Below, piece after piece: positions 61,260-64,000 of a stretch of 64,000 nucleotides of DNA; the first letter of the stretch is position 1; each line of letters opens with the position of its first letter. The stretch is from Acidobacteriota bacterium (GTDB taxonomy: Bacteria; Acidobacteriota; UBA6911; RPQK01; JADFOI01): positions 2,944,001-3,008,000 of the forward strand of contig OY760074.1 of the NCBI GenBank assembly GCA_963663035.1. Direction: 5' to 3'. The notes under the pieces are model-generated. The model had not been told where the DNA came from and did no database searches. It saw nothing but the letters and a program-made list of their open reading frames with translations. The position numbers were made by a program, and so were the translations under genes.

Positions 61260-62576
61260 CTATTTTGTTTCCTCACTTGATTCTACTGCCGAAGGGGCTT
61301 CAGGCTCGGAGTCGGAATCGATCAATGCTCGAGCTGCCTCAAGGAGCTGTTCAGCCGACTTGCGGCCGATCCGAGGAATTACTGTTAAATCCTCAACCGA
61401 CTTTGAGATCAGATCCTGCACCGACTCGATTCCTGCTTCCCGCAGTCGACTCTGAGTCTTCTCCCCCACGCCATCCAACCTGGACAGGGGCTCAGCATCC
61501 GAAGGGACACCAAGGTCTTCCAACTGGCCGAGAATTTCCTGCTTCTTTTCTTCAGCTCCCTTGATATTGATCTCCCAGCCCAGCAACTTCGAAGCAAGAC
61601 GTACGTTTTGACCTTTTCTCCCGATAGCCAGAGACAGTTGATCTTCTGGAACGACCACTTCCAAGACCCTTCTAGAGGGATCAGCAATCAAGATTTTGGA
61701 GATCTTCGCTGGATTCAGAGCATTGGTCGTGTAGTCAACAATATCGTCTGAAAACTGAATGATATCTATCCTCTCGCCACGCAGTTCGCGGATGACAGCA
61801 TTGATTCGGCTTCCCTTCATCCCGACACAAGCCCCCACGGGATCGACCGCATCATCGCGACTCGATACAGCCACTTTGGCGCGTTCACCGCCTTCCCGTA
61901 CTGCGTTTTTGATCACCACTGTGCCGTCATAGACTTCAGGAATTTCCATTTCGAACAGACGGATCAATAGGCTTGGATCACTTCTTGACACAACGATTTG
62001 AGGACCCCTTGAGAGCCGATGGACTGTGATAATGACAGCCCGAAGTCTGTCTCCTGGCTTATATTGCTCATCTTGACATTGTTCACTGAAAGGGAGAACA
62101 GCTTCCGTCCTTCCGATGTCAAGGACCACCTCTCGGCCTTCGGTCCGGCGAACAATGGCATTGACTAACTGACCAATCTGCTCGGAAAACTCGCCGAAGA
62201 TAATTTCTCGTTCGGCCTCACGCACTTTTTGAAGGATCACTTGTTTCGCCGTCTGGGCGGCGATTCGGCCGAGGTCGACAGTCGGCTTCGGAATCTCGAT
62301 GTAGTCATCCAGCTCAAAAGTCTCATCGACGGTCAGTGCCTCCTTCAGCGACATTTCAGTCATCTCATCGTCCACTTCTTCGACGACCTTCTTTACAGCG
62401 AATAATTCTATTGTTCCTGTTTCCGGGTCGTAACGAGCCTGCAAATTTTCATCGGTCTTGAAGTATTTGTTCGCGGCTGCCACCATCGCATCTTCCAGGG
62501 CTTCGTGAATAATCTCCGGATCGATGCTCTTCTCCCGACTAATCTGTTCAATACTCTGGCTCAGAAGATTTGTCAT
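61260..62576 (-). CDS. nusA: Transcription factor NusA
   Basis: GRIAAQTAKQV, DPVGACVG and LAIGRKGQNVRLA motifs. Confidence 0.97.
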   Translation of the reverse strand: MTNLLSQSIEQISREKSIDPEIIHEALEDAMVAAANKYFKTDENLQARYDPETGTIELFAVKKVVEEVDDEMTEMSLKEALTVDETFELDDYIEIPKPTVDLGRIAAQTAKQVILQKVREAEREIIFGEFSEQIGQLVNAIVRRTEGREVVLDIGRTEAVLPFSEQCQDEQYKPGDRLRAVIITVHRLSRGPQIVVSRSDPSLLIRLFEMEIPEVYDGTVVIKNAVREGGERAKVAVSSRDDAVDPVGACVGMKGSRINAVIRELRGERIDIIQFSDDIVDYTTNALNPAKISKILIADPSRRVLEVVVPEDQLSLAIGRKGQNVRLASKLLGWEINIKGAEEKKQEILGQLEDLGVPSDAEPLSRLDGVGEKTQSRLREAGIESVQDLISKSVEDLTVIPRIGRKSAEQLLEAARALIDSDSEPEAPSAVESSEETK

Positions 62577-62608
62577 TCTTTCACTACTCCCGATTGGGAT
62601 TCCTCTAC

Positions 62609-63061
62609 CTAAAATCGGTGGACCAAATTTGCTTTCCTTATGCTGCCAAAAGGAATTTGAAACGTTCTCCCATCAAAGTCCAACTCGAGAATACCGTCTG
62701 AGAAACTCTGGATAGACCCAGTGAATTTCCTCCGGTCCTCGATTTTCTCAGTCGTAACCAAACTTATTTCCTTTCCCACAAAGCGCCTGTAATCGGTCTC
62801 CTTAAAAAGCGGACGCTCGATTCCGGGTGAAGACACCTCCAACACATAGCGCTGCGGAATCATATCCTCTTCATCCAACAACGCACTCACCTGTTTACTC
62901 ACTCTCTCACAGTCTTTGAGGTCGACTCCGCCCGACTTGTCGATATAAATCCTCAACTCAGAAGGTGATCTTTCGGGTTGATACTCGACATGCACCAGTT
63001 CAACCCCGTCCGCCTCCACCACATCTCTGAGGAAACCTTCAATGCGTGCTGCCAAATCCAT
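62609..63061 (-). CDS. rimP: Ribosome maturation factor RimP
   Basis: DCERVS and LEVSSPGIERPL motifs. Confidence 0.96.
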   Translation of the reverse strand: MDLAARIEGFLRDVVEADGVELVHVEYQPERSPSELRIYIDKSGGVDLKDCERVSKQVSALLDEEDMIPQRYVLEVSSPGIERPLFKETDYRRFVGKEISLVTTEKIEDRRKFTGSIQSFSDGILELDFDGRTFQIPFGSIRKANLVHRF

Positions 63062-63081
63062 GAGGTCTGACCCCTAAAACT

Positions 63082-63108
63082 AAAAAAGTGGGCAAGAGCC
63101 CACTCTTC
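63082..63108 (-). promoter_or_regulatory. rimP leader hairpin
   Basis: GAAGAGTGGGC-TCTT-GCCCACTTTTTT just upstream of rimP, resembling the known rimP/ylxS leader. Confidence 0.75.
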
Positions 63109-63160
63109 GGATAGAGCGTTTTCCGAGCAAGTATATGCGATATGTTGGCTTACTTCAAGA

Positions 63161-63318
63161 TAAGTCCGCATTTCTCACACCCGCTCTACTGCATCGGCGC
63201 AATGATCCGCCCTGACTGCGTTGCGCGACCCGCACGGAGCGCGGGTACCCCTCGCGCGCCTTGTCAGGCCGGCCCTTTCGCCGCTTCGCAACGACCTGGT
63301 GTGAGAAATGCGGGCTGA
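63161..63318 (+). mobile_element. MITE-like repeat, terminus type B, copy 3
   Basis: AGTCCGCATTTCTCACACC...GGTGTGAGAAATGCGGGCT plus shared core. Confidence 0.85.
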
Positions 63319-63331
63319 AGGCCAGACATCC

Positions 63332-64000
63332 TCAGCGGGAAGGCTCTACTGCACCGATCTTGTCCAGTTCGGATTGAAGATGCTGGGAAGGTCCTGCTAC
63401 AACCAGAACAAAGTTGTCGAGAGCCACATATTTTTGGACAGCCTCTTGAAAATCGTCACGTGTCAGTCGGTCCAGGCGCAACCCATAGTTTGTGAGAAAG
63501 TTTATACCGACCTCATAGAGACTGGTTTCCAGAAGACGATAAAGTCCAGCCAGGGGCTCCCGCAGAGAATCAATCATCTCCAGGTATGCCAATTGCTTTG
63601 CCTCCTCGAACTTCTGGCTATCGATGTGGCCATCATGGAGATCCTGCGCGAAACTCTCAAACCTGTGGAAATAGGCAATGAGTTCTTCTGGCGGCGCCTG
63701 AATGCTCAGCTGCAGGTAGCCTGGCATTCGGCGGCTCTCAAGCTCAGAGGAAGCCTGAATCTGCCTTTGTGAAGCGATCTGGCTTGCCCAGGAGGGTAAA
63801 GACAGGGTCAGGTACTGTTGGAAAACCTTCAAAGCGTAATAGTCGGCAGAACTCCTTTCAACACTGAGATTTCCCCATCGAAACAAGCTGTCCGCAGAGG
63901 CCTGATCAAGAAATTGTACTCGCCGCCCATTCGGTGGAAGGGCCTTCCTGAAAGTGAAAGGCAAGGGATCGTTCTTGATCCAGCTTCCCCAGTGACGACT
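63332..64000 (-). CDS. Probable M16 peptidase-like protein, C-terminal part
   Basis: DYYALKV, FEEAKQ and LTRDDFQEAVQKY...VLVVAGP pattern; runs off the window. Confidence 0.6.
   Translation of the reverse strand, partial: SRHWGSWIKNDPLPFTFRKALPPNGRRVQFLDQASADSLFRWGNLSVERSSADYYALKVFQQYLTLSLPSWASQIASQRQIQASSELESRRMPGYLQLSIQAPPEELIAYFHRFESFAQDLHDGHIDSQKFEEAKQLAYLEMIDSLREPLAGLYRLLETSLYEVGINFLTNYGLRLDRLTRDDFQEAVQKYVALDNFVLVVAGPSQHLQSELDKIGAVEPSR

Overview
A moderately GC-rich bacterial chromosomal segment; gene content suggests Acidobacteriota (inference from the expanded Ser/Thr kinase-TolB/TPR genes, the GldAFG-like ABC set and the rimP-nusA-infB-DHH-truB order). Housekeeping blocks (cysS-lat, moaA, a TetR-TolC-HlyD-ABC efflux operon, gdh, lon, frdABCD, rimP-nusA-infB-nrnA-truB) alternate with accessory patches near tRNA-Gly and tRNA-Cys. 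Mobile DNA: one IS481, two nearly identical inverted IS1380 copies, and six short structured repeats that share one core but carry two different sets of termini. Best leads: (1) a sigma-54 promoter with IHF and enhancer-like sites whose apparent transcript, a roughly 90-nt hairpin RNA, is split by IS1380 copy 2; (2) the modular repeat family; (3) a membrane-anchored rhodanese with UGA at the catalytic position plus a SECIS-like hairpin, next to a decayed pentaheme cytochrome; (4) a sigma-54 promoter ahead of an RpoD paralogue, a membrane kinase and a cyclase-TPR-HD-GYP gene. Several frameshifts fall in short repeats and may be assembly errors. All calls were made by eye, without database searches.
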